From: Eledone cirrhosa
Lineage: Eukaryota
Assembly: GCA_964016885.1 (NCBI GenBank)
Contig: OZ024758.1
Coordinates: 4,774,001 to 4,838,000 of the forward strand
DNA: 64,000 nucleotides
Direction of reading: 5' to 3'
Shown: positions 26,458 to 40,571 of the stretch, one piece after another
Numbering within the stretch: position 1 is the stretch's first letter
How the letters are laid out: the number at the start of each line of letters is the position of its first letter
The notes under the pieces: model-generated
Databases searched by the model: none
The model's input: only the letters and a program-made list of their open reading frames with translations
What the model was told of the DNA's origin: nothing
Made by a program: the position numbers and the translations under genes

Positions 26458-27412
26458 TGTAAAGAGATGTTTTAGGCTGGGAACGGTTTTCGTCATAGGG
26501 TGAAAACTGACCTAGGGCTAAACAACAACAACACCAGACCAACACCAACACCAACAACAAATATTAAGGTGATAGAACTAAACAAGTAACTCACTAGTAG
26601 TTTGGTATTACTAACGGCTATGGTGTATTATACTAAATTCTAATATAGTCAAATGTAGTAACTCTAAAAATAGTCTTTTGTTACAGAAATAAATTTGGAC
26701 TCATTGAAATATTATTTTGTTTGTTATTTTATGTTTTTTTGTGGAGAGAGAGTGTGTGTGCATGTGGGGTGTGTGTGTGTGTGTGCATGTGGGGGTGCGT
26801 GTGTGCGTGTGTGCGTGCGTGCGCGCGTGTGTGTGGTGGTGTTGATGTGCGTGCATGTGGTGGTATTGATGCGCGCGCGCCTATATTTTACTTTTCTATT
26901 TTGTTTGTTATTTTTATATTTTTTGTGGCGGATGTATGTGTATATGAGTGTTTGTGTATATGTATGTCTTATATGTATATAGCCATGCGTGTATATGTGT
27001 GTGCGTGAAAACTATTGTTTCTATGTGCGTGTGTCTATGTGTATATGTCACTAAGTGTGTGTGCATATATAGATGTAAATGTGTGTATTCGTACTTGCTG
27101 CTCGAATTTTTGTGCAATTCTTGTATGAGAATATGTGTGTATGTGTGTGTATGTGAATTGTGGTCTAAGTGTGTGTTTGTATGTATATATGCAAGTGTAA
27201 TTGTGTGTGTGGGTATGTGTGTGTGTGTGTATTTCCTGTGTTAAAACCAATTCCCGTATTCAATAAAAGATAAAAGTTGTCAAAACCTAAAGCTATACAA
27301 AAAAATTATTCTCTCTCCGATGACATCCAAAAGATTCGTGATAAACCACAATACACTGCTAATAATAATAGTAGTAGTAGTAATAGTAGTAGTATTAATA
27401 GTAGTAGTAGTA

Positions 27413-27598
27413 ATTGTTTCTACTTTAGGCACAAGGCCAGCAATTAACCAGTACATTACTGGTACTTTATTTTATCGACCCCGTAAAGATGAAAGGCAAA
27501 GTTAACCTCGGCGGGATTTGAACTCAAATCGCAAAGGGACGTAACTAGGCTGGAAAGCATGTCCGACGCTCTACCGATACTGCCAATCCACAGCCCTA
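27413..27598 (-). mobile_element. SINE type 1
   Basis: Full consensus on the minus strand. Confidence 0.85.
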
Positions 27599-27617
27599 AT
27601 AATTAATAATTATTATT

Positions 27618-27815
27618 ATTGGCAGAGAGTCGGACACCATGCTTTCCAGCATAGAGGTACGGCCCTTTACGGTCTGAGTTCAAATCCCGCCGATTTTAAC
27701 TTTGCCTTTCATCCTTACGGGGTCGATAAAATAAAGTACCAGTAATGCACTGGGGTCGATTTAATCGACTTTCTCCTCCCCTCAAATTACTGGCCTTGTG
27801 CCTATACTAGAAATC
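27618..27815 (+). mobile_element. SINE type 1 (head-to-head with the previous copy)
   Basis: Consensus body and tail. Confidence 0.85.
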
Positions 27816-28139
27816 AGTACTACAAGACTCCTACATTCCTGTGAGTATAAACGATGGTGATGCTGCTGCCGCCGCCGCCGATGATGATGAGTGTGTGTGT
27901 GAGTGGGTATGTGTGTCAATGTGTGTGTGTCTGTACCAGTGTATGTGTCAGTGTGTGTGTATGTGTGTGATACTTGTATTATGTATTAAGGTGTGTCTAC
28001 TGCCATATACAATACAGAGTGTACAAGTCACGGTGTGAACAAAAAGACAAAGAATGCGAGAACATAGAAAATGAAACGAAACGAAAAAATTCAAAATTTG
28101 ATCTGTTAAAGAGAATATGTATATATGAGTGTATATATA

Positions 28140-28533
28140 TATGACTGTTTATGTGTGTATAAATACATGACTGTTTATGTGTGTGTATAAATACATGACT
28201 ATATATATATATACATGACTATATGTATATGCGTGTGTATAAATACATGACTGTTTATGTGTGTGTATAAATACATGACTATATGTATATGCGTGTGTAT
28301 AAATACATGAATATGTATGTATAAATACATGAATATGTGTGTGTAATGACTGTGTATATGTGTGTATATATACACAAATATGTGTATATGTGTGTATAAA
28401 TAAATGACTATCTGTATATATATATATATGACTATGTATTTGTGTGTATATATGCATGGCTATATGTATATGTGCGTATGTATGCATGAATATGGGTATT
28501 TGTGAGTAATTATACATGAATATGTGTATATGC

Positions 28534-28593
<60 letters not shown>

Positions 28594-28650
28594 CTGTATA
28601 TATGTGTGTATATATGCACGAATATGTGTATATAAATACATGACTGTTTG
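28140..28650. repeat. Degenerate GTGTATAAATACATGACT satellite
   Basis: Direct inspection. Confidence 0.8.
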
Positions 28651-29985
28651 AATATGAATGAAATATGTGAATGTATAATCTATGTATATATGCGTCTCTT
28701 TATATTTTCATATATGTGTGTCTTGTTTTGTGAAATTACAAGAATATATGAGAGATAGTACAATCTGTAATGACAATTTCTTTTAACCTTCATTCTGGAA
28801 ATGTTTGCGTCTTTATTTTGACATAGAAACACTTTGAATTCCATTCCCCCAATTTTTCTGTCTAAAATAAATCGAAATCCGTTAAATTTTTTAGACGGAG
28901 AAAAAAAAAAAAAAAAGGAGGAATTAAATATGATAAAATATAATAAAATGGTAATAAAATGAAATAAAAGATCAATTCCTGCAAAAAGCAAGAGCAGAAA
29001 CGAGTATCAAAGAAAGCGCAAGAAATTTGATTGACGCAGACGATCACTTCTAGCTGTAATCAACAAATGTCTGTAAATGGATGATCAGAGATAGAAATAA
29101 TGGAAGATAGAGGGTGAAAGAGCCAGAGTGTGTGTGTGTGTGTAACACTGTGTGTGTGTTTGTAACATTGAGTATGTGTCAGTGTGTGAGTGCGTGTGTG
29201 AGAGAGTATATATGTGTAAGAGAGAGAGAGAGAGAGAGGGGGGTGGAGAGAGAGGGGGATGGAGAGAGCGGGGATGGGGAGAGAGAGGGGAATGGAGAGA
29301 GAGGGGGATGGAGAGAGAGGGGATGGAGAGGGGATGGAGAGAGGGGGTGGAGAGAGAGAGGGGGATGGAGAGAGAGAGATAGAGAAATGGAGAGAGAGGA
29401 GGAGAGAGAATAAATGCAAGTTAATTTGTGTGATAGAAAATTATCAAAAAATGTTACAAAGTGCGAGTAAATGAGAAGAAAAGGAGAGTCGTGTGGTGAG
29501 AGATTATAAAGGTAGTTTATAGAGAGAGGGGGAAGAGAGAGGGAGAGAGAGTCGTGTGGTGAGAGATTATAAAGGAAGTTTATAGAAAGAGAAATTGTGA
29601 TTGTCAATGGCGGAGAGAGGGTTGGGGGGGGCGATAGAGAATTAACTAAAAGACTTAGAAAAAAAAATAAGATGAAGCACAGAGAGTGAGAAAGAGGGTA
29701 ATAGACAGAGAGGGGTGAATGGGTGACAGACAGAGAGGGCGGATGGCTGAAAGAGATAGACAGAGAGAAGGTGAAAGAGAGAAGGAAAGAGAGAGACAGA
29801 GAAAGACAGAGAGAATTGGTGAATGAGATTTAAAAATGAGATAGGTTATTAATTTGCAAGCTAGAAAATGATTTCAGAGATTTAGCGATTAGGGTTCGCC
29901 TACTGATGGATCCTCCTTCTCTTACACGAGTAAACCTTTATATGGTCGAACCTTTAGCTGGAAATAGCAGCATAATCTCCTTTAA

Positions 29986-30189
29986 CCCTTTAGCATTTAA
30001 ATTACTTTATATTTACAATTGTATTTTCATTGTAAACACTTTATTTCACATAATTATCTCATAATATTGAATCTATGAGATTTTCATATTTATTTTGTGA
30101 AAAATAACATCAGTATAAGTTTTGGCCGGTTTGAACAGAAAGACGAAAGAGAATTCTGGCAGGATATGGCCGGTTTAAATGCTAAAGCG
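29986..30189 (-). mobile_element. piggyBac-like MITE
   Basis: TTAA|CCCTTTAGCATTTAAA ... TTTAAATGCTAAAGCG|TTAA; inverted relative to the other two copies. Confidence 0.8.
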
Positions 30190-30211
30190 TTAAACTTCAC
30201 AAGATTTTCAT

Positions 30212-30579
30212 TTAATGTCAACTCTCCCCGTCCGACGGGGAGATTCCCACCCATTTTGGGGTGAGTGAGAGATGTTTACTCTTGTGAAAATAGGTATAGC
30301 TTTCATTATGGATTGGCAGTATCGGTAAAGGGTCAGACTCCAGCATAGAGTTACGTACTTTTACGGTCTGATTTCAAATCCCGCCGAGGTTAACTTTGCC
30401 TTTCATCCTTACGGGGGTCGAGAAAATAAAGTACCAGTAATGCACTGAGATAATTGCTGGCCTTGTGCCCCCAAAAAAAACAATTATTTAAAATCTCCCC
30501 ATTTTGCCTCATTTCTCCGTTTGGAGACACCTTTTTTCATGGTACTTGCCGTTTGGGTGCTTAAAGGTTGACAGGTCTG
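30212..30579. mobile_element. hAT-like MITE interrupted by a SINE type 1 (30309-30487)
   Basis: Ends GGTTGACAGGTCTG; uninterrupted inverse copy at 33200-33375 starts CAGACATGCCAACC. Confidence 0.65.
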
Positions 30580-31382
30580 GCTTTAATCACCTGTCGCTAG
30601 TATCAGAGTTAATGTAGGGCTAAACAACAACAACTGGTGTTATGTGAAGAGAAATGTTTTACTTTAGTTAACTTTATTAAATCGTATGTTTTGTTTGTCT
30701 TGCTTTTTCTTGTTTTCTTCCGAAGCATTTCACATGGCCCTCTCTCATATCTTGCGTTTTCTATTAACTGTTGTATTGACAACATAGCGTATCACCATTT
30801 ATTTTTTCATCGTAATTAATTTTATCTTGGCTTTACTTTGATTTAACCTTTATACTCTACATGACATGCACGACTCAACGAGCTAGCCACTATGCTTCTG
30901 CCAGACGAAGTAGAAAGAAAACAACAACGAAATCTCCTTTAAATTGCACACCTTATCATCTCAAACAAAAACCAAATGATACATTAGCAATTCAAAATAA
31001 TCACGGAAATTCTATTTTGTCTTTGCCGCTGCAGCCATGTTTTCGCCTGGTCTCCAATTATATTTCTTTCGTGTGTATCTTTTAAAACGAGTAAAGGCAC
31101 TCAATTTCTTTTTAATACAATGACAACCTTTCGCTCTTCTTGATTGGCCATGAAATGAATTCCAATAGACAGGAAAAGGCTTTTTTCAAAAAAAATAAAT
31201 TTTGATTGGATTATCCGTATTACGTTTTGCGAGAACAGAAATATTAACAACAACAAATCGATTGACTGGTTTAAGTAAACAAATAAAATAAAATCTCACA
31301 AATTCACGTTAAAATAAATTCTTTACTGGAACAGACTGAAAACCCCAGTCTTTGTTGTATTTCTTGTTGGCGATCATTTTAA

Positions 31383-31603
31383 CCCTGTAACATTTAAACC
31401 GGCCGTGTCCGGCCAGAATTCTCTCACCTCTTTCTGTTCAAACCGGCTGTAACCGTCCGCTCATACTGATGTTAAGGTATTGCTCTCAAAATAAATAACA
31501 TCAAAATCCCATAGATTTGATATTATGTGAGATAATTATGTAAGATAAAGACTTTACTACAAAAATATAATAGTAAATATAGAGTAATGTAGATGTTAAA
31601 GGG
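31383..31603 (+). mobile_element. piggyBac-like MITE
   Basis: TTAA|CCCTGTAACATTT ... ATGTTAAAGGG|TTAA. Confidence 0.8.
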
Positions 31604-31674
31604 TTAATGTTTGGCCTATTATTAGATTACAATAACAATCTCACATTAATTTTACAATTATTGTAAGAATATGT

Positions 31675-31865
31675 GGAGGTGCGTGGTGTAGTGGTAAGTG
31701 TTGGACTTACGATCATAATGTCATAGGTTCGAATCCTCTGCTGGGTTGTGTTCTTGAGCAAAACACTTCATTTCACGTTGCTCCAGTATACTAAGCTGAA
31801 AATGAATACTAGCAGTAGCTGGGGCTTTAACCTTGTGATAGACTGGTGTCCTGTCCAGGGGGTAG
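31675..31865 (+). mobile_element. tRNA-derived CORE-like SINE (subfamily 2b)
   Basis: GGTGCGTGGTGTAGTGG..GGTTCGAATCC then TTGAGCAAAACACTTCATTTCACGTTGCTCCAG; inverse copy at 62525-62800. Confidence 0.8.
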
Positions 31866-31871
31866 TCTTGT

Positions 31872-32110
31872 CAGTGAGTGAGTGAGTGCGCGAGTGAGCG
31901 AGCGAACAAGTGAGTGAGCGAGTGAGTGAGCGAACGAATGAGCGAGTGAGTGAGCGAGTGAGCGAGTGAGCGAGTGAGCGAGCGTACGAGTGAGCAAGTG
32001 AGTGAGTGAGTGAGCGAATGAGTGAGAAAGTGAGTGAGCGAGTGAGCGAATGAGTGTGCGAGTGAGTGAGTGAGTGAGTGAGCGAGCGAATGAGTGTGCG
32101 AGTGAGTGAA
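31872..32110. repeat. (GAGT/GAGC)n microsatellite
   Basis: Direct inspection. Confidence 0.9.
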
Positions 32111-32334
32111 AGTGAGGGGATAGAGAGCTGGAAGTATATATTTGTTAAAGTGCACTTTAAAAAAGGGAGAGAAATTGGATGAATTGTGAAAAACTGAGTG
32201 AGAATCTGTGAGTGCGAGAGAGGAATAGTTTTAGGGAATAAAATAAGTGAGTATGGTAGAAATATGGAGAAGGTAGAAGTAGAGAGTATTTAGGTGAAGA
32301 AAGACAAGAATGAGCTCAACATAGTGTGTGGTCA

Positions 32335-32750
32335 CCATCATCGGGCGGCCTCAGCCGAAATCGACTCAACAATTGATCTTCACGTGGGTTTGTCGATGAT
32401 TGCCGTTGCCAAGTCCTGGATTTCAACACCAGAATCTCTGGAGATTACATTGTGCTAGGAGAGCTAATGGGGACACAGCCTCGTGGCCAATAAATCGGGG
32501 ATAAGAGTGCTTGCGCCCCCTGTTATTAGTGACTGCTTGTGATTTCCAAAGCACTAATGGTGACACAGTCTCGTAGGTGGCACGATGGCAGTAGCCAGCA
32601 AATTTGGATAGGAGAGCTTGCGCCCCCTGTTATTAGTGACTCCTTGGGGTTTCCAAAGCACTAATGGGGACACAGCCTCAGAGGTGGTACGATGGCAGTG
32701 ATCAGCAAATCTTGCTCTCCTCTTACGTACAGCGACAGATATTTCTTTCA
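32335..32750 (-). mobile_element. RTE LINE 3' end (family 1) with internal duplications
   Basis: VRKRRARFADHCHRTTSEAVSPLVLWKPQGVTNNRGRKLSYP; the EAVSPLVLWK..RGR segment is repeated. Confidence 0.8.
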
Positions 32751-33199
32751 AAGGTAGATGTCGATAGCTTATGTTCTGAATATGTTGAAGCAGGCGAGTG
32801 TAATGGGCGTGTGGTAATATGTGAGCACTTTCGTTATAGTTTCACCTTCAATCATAGTTAAATTCCCGATGGTTTTATAATAAAACTTAATTGTGCAAGA
32901 AATTGGTGAGAGCTACTTTGTTAAGTCCATTGCAATTGTAAATAGATTGAAAATGAGAGAGCAGGTGATGGGGAGGAATTTGAAGCAGTAAAAAAGGTCG
33001 TGAATATTCATGATGTGAAATGCAAATGCTTCTATTTAGACCAAAGTGTTCGTTTATTTCAATGAGCTTGTTAAGCAGATGAAATAAAACTCTGGATGAT
33101 ATGCATCGTGTTATCACAAGCAACATTCATATTGGTTCTGTTAACCTTTCCAGCACACATATTTTAATTAAGTGTGCAGCCCCAAAACATACAAGATGG

Positions 33200-33375
33200 C
33201 AGACATGCCAACCTCTAAAAACCTAAACGGGGAGTACCATGAAAAATTCCTGCCCCAAAACGGAGAGAAATGAGGCAAAATGGGGAGATTTTATATAATG
33301 AAAGCTATACCCATTTTCACAAGAAAAGATATCTCACCCACCCCAAAATGGGTGGGAGATCTCCCCGTCGGACGA
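33200..33375. mobile_element. hAT-like MITE (same family as 30212-30579)
   Basis: Reverse-complement homology. Confidence 0.65.
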
Positions 33376-34988
33376 TTGCAAGCCCGATGCTCTAACCACT
33401 AAGCCATGCGCCTTTAGTGAAGGGAGTCATAAGGGAGTTATTGTATCTATGTACTTGCTTATTTCATATTATTATAACACTAAAGAGAAATATTCTTAAA
33501 TAAATCCAAAATGAAAAGGAGACATGAAAATATTTTATATTCTGCAAGCTAACATTTATAATTTAAGCATATTTCAATATTGTAAACTTTTTATAATTAT
33601 ATTCCGATACGCGTATCTGAAAACTTTAAGCAGGGCAAATGATTTTTTTTCCTTAGTAATCTGAAAGTTCTTATTCAAATTTACGGCATTCAAAATGTAA
33701 ACGCTGTTTCAACGATTGACAAAGGCGGTTAATTCAGAAGAGAAGAGAGCTAGTTAGAATGCTTTACTTTCGGTTAATTTTCCTTTATCCATTACTCTGT
33801 GTAATACTGGCAGTGTTCCATAGTATGCGATGATGCCTTAGTCGTAGAGATAATAAAAAAGAAATGAGGGTAATACATTTGATGTTCAATTTTACTATAT
33901 GTAAGTTAGAAGTTGGCAATGGTTCCAAAAATAAAGGATTTGGCAATGTACTTAATATATGACAAATACATATGAAATTGGTTTTTAGATGGAGTAGAAA
34001 TTAATGTAGTTTTTGTAGGAGAGGCGTTAGAAGAGTTCGACTCAACAGTAGTTATCTAAATAAACCCATTATATTAAAGTAAGGGTAATGTTAGAGATTT
34101 GTTGGGGTGTTTTATTGCTACTGCAGTTGTTAATGTTCTTGTTTTCTTTAGTTTTGATTTGTTTTTTAATAATTCTGCACAATTCAAATAAATAAATGTA
34201 GCTGACTATCCAAAGTCTGCTTGTAGTCAAACATCTTGGAAAGAGTCGATATTTTTCTTATTTTATAAACATCATATCTATCGCAGTAAACTTAATCGCC
34301 AGTTATGTATTCTCCGTCTCCTATTTATAATTTGTATTAGTTTTGAATTATGGTTTATTTTTTATTGTTTTATCGTATAACTCCTGATGGAGTCGTAGGG
34401 GCGCCATGTTGGCAGACAGCGTTTCTTGGCCATTTTTTTAGCCTGTCGGAGCCCTGCCCTCTCCAGGCCTAATATAAATGCACAAGACAGAGTCAGGGCT
34501 GGATAGGTTTGAAACATCAGCTTGGATATTACATATAAACGGAAAAACCCCACGGCTAAGCTCCCACAATTATGGTTTTTATACAGTGGTATTCAATTTG
34601 TAGCTTATAGTAACAAACTGGACAGATAAAATAAGAACAACAACAAAACAAAGCAAAGATTACCAGGTAACCTTTACTTTTCGTTACCTCATCTTACAGT
34701 CTATTTTGCACTGTTTAGTCTTCTATCTCTTTCAACGCTATATATTATATACAATGCTTCAAGCAAACTACAAGAGTTTGTTATATATATTTAATCGTTT
34801 TGTGGCACATTTAAAATGTTTATATATACATCTAGCAAAACGTAAGCAAATTCCTTACAGATTATTGCGTGTCAAACTTGGCTGTGAAAAGTGTTGAAAG
34901 GAGGTTTGAATGAGTGGGATTAAACTTAGTTTTATTCTAGGTAGAAATTAATTACAAGACTAGAAATGTGTAAATCTTTACATCTTAA

Positions 34989-35203
34989 CCCTAGCATTTA
35001 AACCGGCCATATCTAGCCAGGATTATCTCACCTCTTTCTGTTCAAACCGGCTGTAACTAGCTACTCATACTTATGTTATGGTATAGTTCCTCAAAATAGA
35101 TATCAAAATCTCAGATTTGATATTATGTGAGATAAATATGCGAAATAAAGTGTTTACCATGAAAGTACAATAGTATATATAGAGTAATGTAAATGCTAAA
35201 GGG
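34989..35203 (+). mobile_element. piggyBac-like MITE
   Basis: TTAA|CCCTAGCATTTAAACCGGCC ... AAATGCTAAAGGG|TTAA. Confidence 0.8.
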
Positions 35204-35929
35204 TTAAACGCTATATGCCTAATTATTTCCTCAGGAATTTAATGATATGAGAGACAATTGGAAAGTTCATAGGCTGACTAAGATACTCTCATGGAATAAC
35301 CAAATAGGGTATATTTTTCAACAATGTTAGCTATCAAAAATTGTGGAAGACCAGCAAAATATTTTGTAAAAATACAAAACTATCTGTGGAAATATTAAAA
35401 ATAAAAATGCCATATTAGGAAATCTGTCGGGGCAAGCAAGCTTTCTGGAGATTTTAAGCTTGGCGGGGCCCACCCTTCTCCAGGTCTGAGTACAGCAGAT
35501 TTCTTCCAGCGAGTGATAGAAAGTGAGAGAGGGCAAATGAAAAAGAGATATAGAATAAAAATCCACTCCAGTTCTAGACTGGTACTTTTTTTATCGACCT
35601 CGAAATGATGAAAGGTAAAGTTGACATCGGCGGGATTTGAACTTCGAGAGCAGCGAACCGGAACGAATACAATAAACCATTCTATCCAATGTTCTAACGA
35701 CTGTCAATATTCCGCCTTAAAATGATTAATAACAACTAGAAAACTCAGACTACAAAGATTGATTATTTAATTTGGTTCATGAATAAATATGAATTCTAAT
35801 TTTTAAAGTACAAATTGTAATTACTAATTTGATTTCAATAAAAATGAATTATTTTCATCACATCTCTGTATATTTACGTGTATATATAAATACACACACA
35901 CAAACACACATATATATACATACATACAT

Positions 35930-36110
35930 ATATGGTGGCTGCCAACTCGTTTTCGAGTACGGCCACTACTTTATATCCATGTAGGAGAACCCCTACCGAT
36001 GCGCTGAACGAGTGACTTTTTAGTCCAGCCAGCGACTTGAAAACTCTGGTACAAACACTACACTTGTGACAATTATTGACACAGTGCTGGGCCCATGGTA
36101 CCATGTGACG
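35930..36110 (-). mobile_element. RTE-type LINE 3' end with C2H2-like finger
   Basis: CSVCTRVFKSLAGLKSH followed by a GCAGCCACCA tail; similar piece at 49930-50050 (+). Confidence 0.55.
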
Positions 36111-36218
36111 ACAAGTGCAGAGAGATCTCCAGATATAAAGCTATGCCTGTGCCGTGAAGCTTTTATAGTGAGCAAAGGTACATTATCGATCATAATCAAT
36201 GAAGAGCAAAATCTAGGG

Positions 36219-36498
36219 TAGTCATGGGAAACCTGCGGCCCGCGAAGCTTTCTGAATGACTCACCTAAGTCACCTAAGTGAAATCTTTTTTACCAACTTT
36301 TCAGTCGTAATTTATCTTTCTATCATTTTTACGATCGAGGAAAAAAACGTACGAATTCTGAAGGAACAAATCAAAACAACCCCAGTTACCGCCCTTTTTT
36401 GTAAATGTGGGCATGAATGTAAATTAGCGCTTGCGGCCCGCCTGATGATGATCCATATCTCATGCGGCCCGCTTCTCGAAAGGGGTTGCCCATGCCTG
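36219..36498. mobile_element. hAT (Charlie-like) MITE
   Basis: TIRs TAGTCATGGGAAACC / GGTTGCCCATGCCTG, GCGGCCCG subterminal repeats, 8-bp near-TSD ATCTAGGG/GTCTAGGA. Confidence 0.78.
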
Positions 36499-36897
36499 GT
36501 CTAGGACAGCGAAACTGAGCAGACATGATGTTGAGCAGCATATGATTTATTGCTCAAAATGTTTCAACATTATAACACTAATTCACAATATACAGTATAG
36601 TGGTAGATTCTGGGATATTTACATTTCAAATGACATCTAATTTTTGAAACACTTTGCATAATTTGGGTGCAACTTAAGATAAAATGTTAGATTAAATGAA
36701 TTTCATAATACTTTTTTATGTGAAAAACATTTTATGAAGTCGATCGAACTAATTCAATTTGACATGAGGTGGTGCTGGTCGGTGGGGGATCTCTTTGATC
36801 TGTCATCCCTTGTCATCGCTGATAGTATTAGTATAAATATTCGTATTAAGAAAGCGAAATACACAGAAAAATATTGCTCCCTCGTCCACACACACAC

Positions 36898-36952
<55 letters not shown>

Positions 36953-36999
36953 ATAATAAATGTGAAGACTAAAATCCGAAGAGTGTTCCATAAGCATTA

Positions 37000-37051
<52 letters not shown>

Positions 37052-37240
37052 CCCGTATTGCAAATATTTATATAAGAACAGATTAAAGTTTAAGCAAAGA
37101 ATCGCTACTTTCACCTTTATATAAGAACTTTAATCTGTTCTTATATAAATAAGTGTGTAACAAATTAAGTTGTGTATATGTACGTATTTGAAGTAACCTT
37201 ATAGTTCTTACTTTTGTTTATATATATATATATATATATA

Positions 37241-37550
37241 TTGTTATACTTTGGTAGGGTCATGTTGCCAATAAGAAACACACGCAACAGTTGCTTTCAC
37301 TTCAATTTATTATAAATTAAATTTATAAATTTAGGAATTTATAAATTTCCGGTTGGTTGGTTGGTTGGTTCCACAACCAGACGAAAGAACTTTGACAATA
37401 TATGAACAATCGTCTGGTTGTGGAACCAACCAACCAACCGGAAATTTATAAATTCCTAAATTTATGAATTTAATTTATAATAAATTGAAGTGAAAGCAAC
37501 TGGTGCGTGTGTTTCATATTGGCAACATGACCCTCCCAAAGTATAACAAT
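37241..37550. mobile_element. Fold-back element, family C, (TA)n-flanked
   Basis: About 140-bp inverted arms; the centre retains the 3' half of the hammerhead (GACGAAAGAACTTTGAC); homologue at 53116-53326. Confidence 0.8.
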
Positions 37551-37606
37551 ATCGGTTTCAACACGCGTTTTCAGATAAAGAATCTTGCTAAACAAATTCA
37601 GAAACG

Positions 37607-37685
<79 letters not shown>

Positions 37686-38279
37686 CATGTAACATCTCTG
37701 AGTATGTATTCTATTTTAGATTACTGCGAGAAAAAATGTTTTAAAACCGTCAATTGGCGTTAGTGAATATCATTTCATGTGCCAATGAAATTCATATTGC
37801 TGTTAACTACATATATCTACATATTTATGTATTTCATAACCATTTAGTTACATGTATGTTGTGAATGTAAAATAAGTAAAAATATGAAATATTTATAATT
37901 TAATACAACTTTCCTAATATACTTATGTCACAACCATCTTTTCGCTTTCAGTTTTAACTTTAACTTTCTTATTGAACAGAATTGCAGGGTGGCTGTTGCA
38001 GCGGGTGTCGCTTGACATTGTCTGAGGGAATGCCTTCGGAGTTTTGTCCGAGAGACGCAGCCGAAAAATCTCCCCACCCTAGGCATAGAGCCTATCACAT
38101 TCTCTCCTACCCCCTCTCACGTGGCCTAATAGTCTTTGTTCTTTCCCTCCTTTTCCTCACATTTATGGCTTTTCTAGTCCTTTGCTTTACTTTTCTCTAC
38201 AGCCTGTTCTGCCCTTCTTTACCCCTTCCCCTTTTTTTCATTACTTAATTTTGTCTATCTTTTTTTTTTTTTCATATTC

Positions 38280-38580
38280 CCATCACCGTATAACTTCTGT
38301 TTATAAAATATAGTTGACAGAATATGTTTATATATAACAGATGACAAGATATTCCCACCATTGTATAACTTCTGTAAAGGGTAGTTGACATAATATCTTT
38401 ATATATAACAGATAAAATATTTCCACCATTGTATAACTTCTGTAAAATATAGTTGACATAATATGTTTATAACAGATAACAAAATATTTCCACCATTGTA
38501 TAACTTCTGTAAAGGGTAGTTGACATAATATCTTTATATATAACAGATAAAATATTTCCATCATTGTATAACAGATAACA
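38280..38580. repeat. About 68-bp minisatellite with alternating A/B units
   Basis: CACCATTGTATAACTTCTGTAAA(GGG/ATA)TAGTTGACATAATAT..ACAGATA, 4 copies plus a partial. Confidence 0.85.
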
Positions 38581-38712
38581 AAACAAAATTTTCATTATTT
38601 TCATTATGAATTTGTTATGATTTTAAGTTAGTTAAATGAAAATAAATTTAAAGGACCTACCTACAGTTTACTGTCACCAACTCCATTTTGTTTCCTCAGA
38701 TATTCCTTTATC

Positions 38713-38885
38713 ATACATGAGGGTCAGCTAAAAGTTCATAGGCTGACTGAGATACTCTCATGGAATGACCAAATGAGGTTTAGTTTTTCAACATAGTCCC
38801 TGGAAAGAAACAGTGCAATTATAAATAAGAAGAGTTGAAATTAATGTATGCAAGATTTCACAGCTCTAGCATCACTACTACATAA
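38713..38885. mobile_element. mariner-like MITE fragment
   Basis: GAGGGTC..AAAAGTTCATAGGCTGAC terminus; related pieces at 12560-12620, 35245-35325 and 49160-49648. Confidence 0.6.
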
Positions 38886-38889
38886 CTAT

Positions 38890-39302
38890 CTGCAAAGCAT
38901 GGTGTCTGACGCTCTACCGATACTGCCAAACACCGCCCTAATAGTGATTTCTACTATAGACACAAGGCCAGCAATTTTGGGGGAGGGGAAAGTCGATTAA
39001 ATCGACCCAAGTATGTTACTGGTACTTTATTTTATCGACCCCGTAAGGATGGAAGGCAGAGTTAACCTCGGCGGGATTTGAACTCAGACAGTAAAGGACA
39101 GTAACTATGCTGAAAAGCATGGCGTCTGACGCTCTACCGATACTGCCAATCCACCGCCCTAATAATAATAACACTTCAAAAGGCATGCTTGCTGGGAACA
39201 GCAAGAACCCTCCGATACGTCCTGAATGTCTGAGGCTGCAGGTAGTGGCTCGATATTCATTTCAACAAACTTTCCAGTTAAATAACATCAATGACAGATT
39301 CA

Positions 39303-39338
<36 letters not shown>

Positions 39339-39620
39339 TGGTTCTACTTTTGACACAAGGCCAGCAATTACCCAGTGTATTACTGGTACTTTCTTTTATC
39401 GACCCCGTAATGATGAAAGGCAAAGTTAACCTCGGTGGGATTTGAACTCAGATCATAAAGGGCCGTAACTATGCTAGAAAGCATGGCGTCCGACTCTCTA
39501 CTGATATTGCCAATTATAATAATAATTTCTGATTTAGGCACATCGCCATTTTTCCCCAGTACTTGGCTGGTACATTTTTTATCCACCTTGAATGGATAAA
39601 AGGCAAAGTTGACCTCGGCT
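38890..39620 (-). mobile_element. Cluster of SINE type 1 copies
   Basis: Copies at about 38890-38940 (head only), 38945-39160, 39335-39510 and 39525-39620. Confidence 0.8.
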
Positions 39621-39646
39621 GGACAAGACGACGACGATGATGATGT

Positions 39647-39677
<31 letters not shown>

Positions 39678-40089
39678 TAATATATATAATATATATAATA
39701 TATATAATATATATAATATATATAATATATATATAATTATAATTATAAACATACACAAACATAACACACACTCAGAGACACACATACCACATACACACAC
39801 ACATACTGATTCCGAAGGACTACTTAAGTTAGTGCCACTTGAAACAAACCTGCCATTTCCAAAAAGATATTCCATATAATTTTGCTGTTTCTAATAGCTG
39901 TGATTACACATAACAGTCGTACTCGAGTTCATCAAATATCTTTCATCTGCTCAATGACTCCTCAACGATACTTTTTTTTTACGTAATTGACAGCATCATT
40001 TTCTTTTTAGATTAATCCATTATAATTGTGATAATATTTTTCACTATTTTCTTACCAGATTCCTGCTACATCTCTCTCTCTTTCCCATA

Positions 40090-40167
<78 letters not shown>

Positions 40168-40291
40168 ATAATCATGGACGAGGTGTGAAATTTTCATTAC
40201 GTTTATTCAGATGTGATGTGACGCACGTTACGCAATTGTGCAGCTCAAGGTTCGATCTCTACTCAGGACTCAAAACCTCATCAGACTTCTG

Positions 40292-40356
<65 letters not shown>

Positions 40357-40528
40357 TTCTGCGATATATATATATTGAGAGAGAGATAGAGAGATAGAGA
40401 GAGAGAAAGTTTAATATAGAAATGGCTTCTACGGGTCTAGAACTATTTCAAACAAAGGAAATAAATCATCAGAGTCACAAAAACCAAGATGGTGTAGCAC
40501 AGAAAAAAGGACACAAAATGATAAATTA

Positions 40529-40571
40529 ATCACTAGGGAGGTCACAGAATGTGTGATGAAAGAGTTTTGAC
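40529..40571 (+). ncRNA. Degenerate hammerhead motif, family C
   Basis: ATCA CTAGGGA G GTCACA GAATG TGTGAT GAAA GAGT TT TGAC then AATAAA; core mutated. Confidence 0.4.
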
